Positions 61,144-64,000 of a DNA stretch of 64,000 bases are shown in pieces. Each line of letters begins with the position of its first letter. Positions within the stretch are counted from its first letter, which is position 1. The notes beneath the pieces are model-generated. The model did not search any database and was not told the origin of the DNA. It worked only from the letters and a program-made list of their open reading frames with translations. The stretch comes from Moniliella sp. 'wahieum' (Eukaryota): NCBI GenBank assembly GCA_003971905.1, contig RSEE01000077.1:1-64000 (forward strand). Reading direction: 5' to 3'. The position numbers were made by a program, and so were the translations under genes.

Positions 61144-61769
61144 GGCAAACACAAGCGAGCCGGCGGTGGAGACGCAATGGTGGGGGAGCCCAAGAAGCGT
61201 CGGTGCGCTAGCACAACTGACACGGTGCGGGCGGGGTGTAGTACGCAGCGCCTGTGGGGGGCGGCGGTTGAGCCGTGGCACACACACGGGCGCCGTGCCG
61301 CTGTAAGGAACATCAGATCCCAGTCACTATCAGCGCGCTGAGCGCCTGAGCAGCGCACGAAGCATCGCCGTCTGCAATTTCAGACGCTGTGTTTGCATTT
61401 GAACGTTGAAATTCATCCCACACCAGCGTTATGCCAGTTATGAGCATCCGGCCCGAGGCGCTGACGTCAGCTCAGCCATCCCACCCCCAGTCACGTGCTC
61501 GGCAAAGGGGGCTGGATAGCAGCGCCCCCCGTGGTGCCTCGTCGTGGTCACGTTGAACGCAACGCTGAACGCTCGTCCAGGCTCCGCACACGCCTCTGGC
61601 TGGGCCGACGACGACGACCGCCGAGTCCATCTCCCTCGTCGGCGCCTGAGCTCCAGCTCCATTGCGGCGGCCTGCGCCCTCGCTGCCCATCGCCTCGCCC
61701 ATGTTCCGCCTCCGCACACACACCGCCAGCGGCCCCAGCACGCCTGCTGCGCCCCCGCCTCCCGACCCT

Positions 61770-61862
61770 TGCCCTCGCCCTCGCCCTCGCTTTCGCCCTC
61801 GCCCCTCACTTTCGCCGCCTCGCCCTCGCCCTCGCCATCGCCATCGCCATCGCCATCGCCCG
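61770..61862. repeat. (CGCCCT/CGCCAT)n hexamer repeat
   Basis: Tandem hexamers upstream of the Kelch gene. Confidence 0.85.
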
Positions 61863-62028
61863 CCGTCTTCCGTCCAGCACCACCCTCCCCCACCCGTCTC
61901 CGTCTTTGCCTCCTGCTCAGCACCCCACCGCCTCTGCCAGTGGTGAACACATCGCCTCCTTGGCATCGCTGCCGGAAACTGTCGACAGTGCCTCCTCTCA
62001 GTGTATACCCCCGGATCCCCGCCGCCAC

Positions 62029-64000
62029 ATGCCATCTCTCACCGATGCCTCATCGTACTTGCTAACACCAGTGGCCACGTTCCGCCCCCACTGATCGTGC
62101 GTAGATCCCCTTTGCCTCGCTGTCTCTGCGGCATACTAACCTCTCTGTGACTGCTTAGGGGGCGTCCGCAACTCTTGTTGATTCCGGTCCCGGCACATCA
62201 GACCAAGGCGATGCCTGCCTCTACGTTTTCGGTGGCCGCCTGGTGGACCGGCGATTGACATCCTCCCTCTACGTTCTCAACCTCGAAACCCGGGTGTGGG
62301 CATTTCTCGGACCGGATTCGGATGCCATCATCCAAACCGCTTCCAAAGCCGGAGAACAGGAGCCGCATGATGACATGGAGTCTTCCCCTTCTACGTGGCC
62401 CCAGCACGGTACTTTCATGGGGCCAACGTCTGGCGTGGCCGCTTGATTATTTCTGGTGGCATGGCATTGAGCCACGGCGTCGATGGGGAACGTGAATCGT
62501 CCGACACTGTCACTATGCGCACGCCTCGGGCCAGTGAGGCGCCTGACCCCGATGGGACCCTCGTCCCTCCATGGCATCAACTGGTTCCACGAGCGATGGG
62601 CTTGTTGCTCTCTCCGAAGTTATTGCGTTCGACTTGCACACGCAACAGTGGGATTTAACGTTTGATCGTTTGCGATCCGATCAGGCCTTTCCCTCTTCCA
62701 TTTCTTGCCGTCGTCCCCGCGCTCGCTATGCGCATCTATCCGCTATCACTGGCGACTTTCTTGTTCTCATAGGGGGACAAGATGTCCAGAACGAGTACAT
62801 CCAGGACGCAAATGTCTACAGCTTGTGTGATGCTCGTTGGATTTGTACAGACCCCATCAAGGGCAAGGTGGGGTCGTACCGCTCTCGCTGCTGTTCCCCA
62901 GTGGATGGTGGTGGATTCAACGGAGAATGAGGTGGGCGCATCATCATCACAAGACCATGGCTTCTGACAAGAGGGGAGCCCTGACTGCACCCCCGCGAGA
63001 ATTGCCTTGTTGGTTGGGTTCTTCTGTACCAGGAGGCCAATCAGATCTTCGTTCCACCCTCCGCTCCTTGTCATCGAATCATTCTGCCTCACCCCCTTTT
63101 TCTCCGCTCCCCTCGCGTTTGCTTCGACAGGCACCAAAAGCCTTCAATCGTCGCTCCTCATGCTGGAAAAGTTGCATCAACCGGAAACCCCTTCTCCCTC
63201 TACGGAGCCTGTGGTGAAGATGCATCCCCTCCCCACCAGTGTGCCCTTTGGTGCCAAACGTTTGCCTCCCATTTACGTTTACTCCAACTCGCGCTTCGCC
63301 AACGTTCAGCGCGTACTTCAAGTTTTCCATTACCAGCTTGATGCCGGGGAGGTGATCCCCCAGCTGTGCATCGAGGATGTGAGTCAGCGAATGGTGCAAG
63401 GGCGATCCACCCGACCGCACAGCAGTACTTCCAATGGGGAGGGAGGGCCTCTTCCCCCAGGTCTGCGCTTCCCGGCTGGCTACGTGGTAGGCAACTACCT
63501 CATCGTTTCCGGCACCTATCTCGGCGTCATGGCTCAAACTCATGCCATATGGGCTCTCCATTCCCGACCTTGACTTGGACCCATTTGGACGGCGGCGTGC
63601 TCATGTCGGCAGGCTCCTGGAACAAAGCGGTCCTGCATCCGTTGGGCGACCGGCTCCTCGTCCTCGGTGACCGTCAGCGCAGTTTGGCCGAGACTACCAA
63701 GCTCGCCATATCAACAGTAACCAGTTGGCCGCGTTGAGCTTAAGCGCCTGGGGTATTTACCAGCCCCCGGTAAAGCGTAGCACTTTAGTGTGCAGCTTGG
63801 CCTGGACGTGTTTTCGCCTGCTATCTCTGCTGCCGCATGTTCTTCTGGCCTGTCTAGCAACGCCAACCAACCGGTTTCTTCTGCCTTGCACGTTCTTGGG
63901 ATGCGAGGCGATTTTGAGATCATCTGTTTGGACGGGACCAAGTTGGGTGCCTCCCGAGCACTCCTGGAGCGTCGTTGGCCTTGGTTCCGTAACGCGATGA
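62029..64000 (+). CDS. Kelch-repeat (probably Kelch-BTB) protein, Ral2/Mds3-like; runs off the window
   Basis: TSGHVPPPLI|intron 62097-62158|GASATL, LYVFGGR, ARYFH, RARYAH, IYVYSN, PPGLRFP, IVSGTYL, GSWN. Confidence 0.82.

Noticed and set aside
60431..61306. 291-aa plus-strand ORF
   Set aside because: Antisense shadow of the aminotransferase.
2753..64000. Frameshifts as pseudogenes or programmed frameshifting
   Set aside because: Present in essential genes and between otherwise identical LTRs, nearly all deletions; sequencing error is the simpler explanation.

Overview
GC-rich fungal genomic DNA with short GT-AG introns carrying CTRAC branch points; by inference a basidiomycete, plausibly smut-like (Ustilaginomycotina). 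Almost every conserved gene, including RPS27, has several single-base deletions, so the frameshifts are best read as uncorrected long-read errors and the ORF track fragments real genes. Recognisable genes: long-chain acyl-CoA synthetase, 3-RRM Pub1/TIA-1-like protein, eIF3j, Gtr1/RagA, choline/ethanolamine phosphotransferase, DUF2408/UPF0662 protein, intron-containing tRNA-Gly(CCC), Rax1, 2-hydroxyacid dehydrogenase, a divergent RPS27/RPL19 pair, dUTPase, Mch1-like MFS, a coiled-coil protein with a TRAK/HAP1-like CC1 box, Cdc50/Lem3, MBOAT_2 acyltransferase, class-III aminotransferase and a partial Ral2-like Kelch protein. Mobile DNA: a complete young Ty1/copia element (10944-16004, ~160-bp LTRs, CTCTC TSD), a 3' fragment of an RLE-type non-LTR element, a decayed gypsy RT/RNase H relic and two diverged solo-LTR-like repeats. 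The most unusual signal is non-coding: intergenic DNA is full of tandemly repeated 7-bp palindromes of many different sequences that share a central TNA (xy-TNA-y'x'). This suggests a recurrent footprint-generating process rather than ordinary microsatellites.
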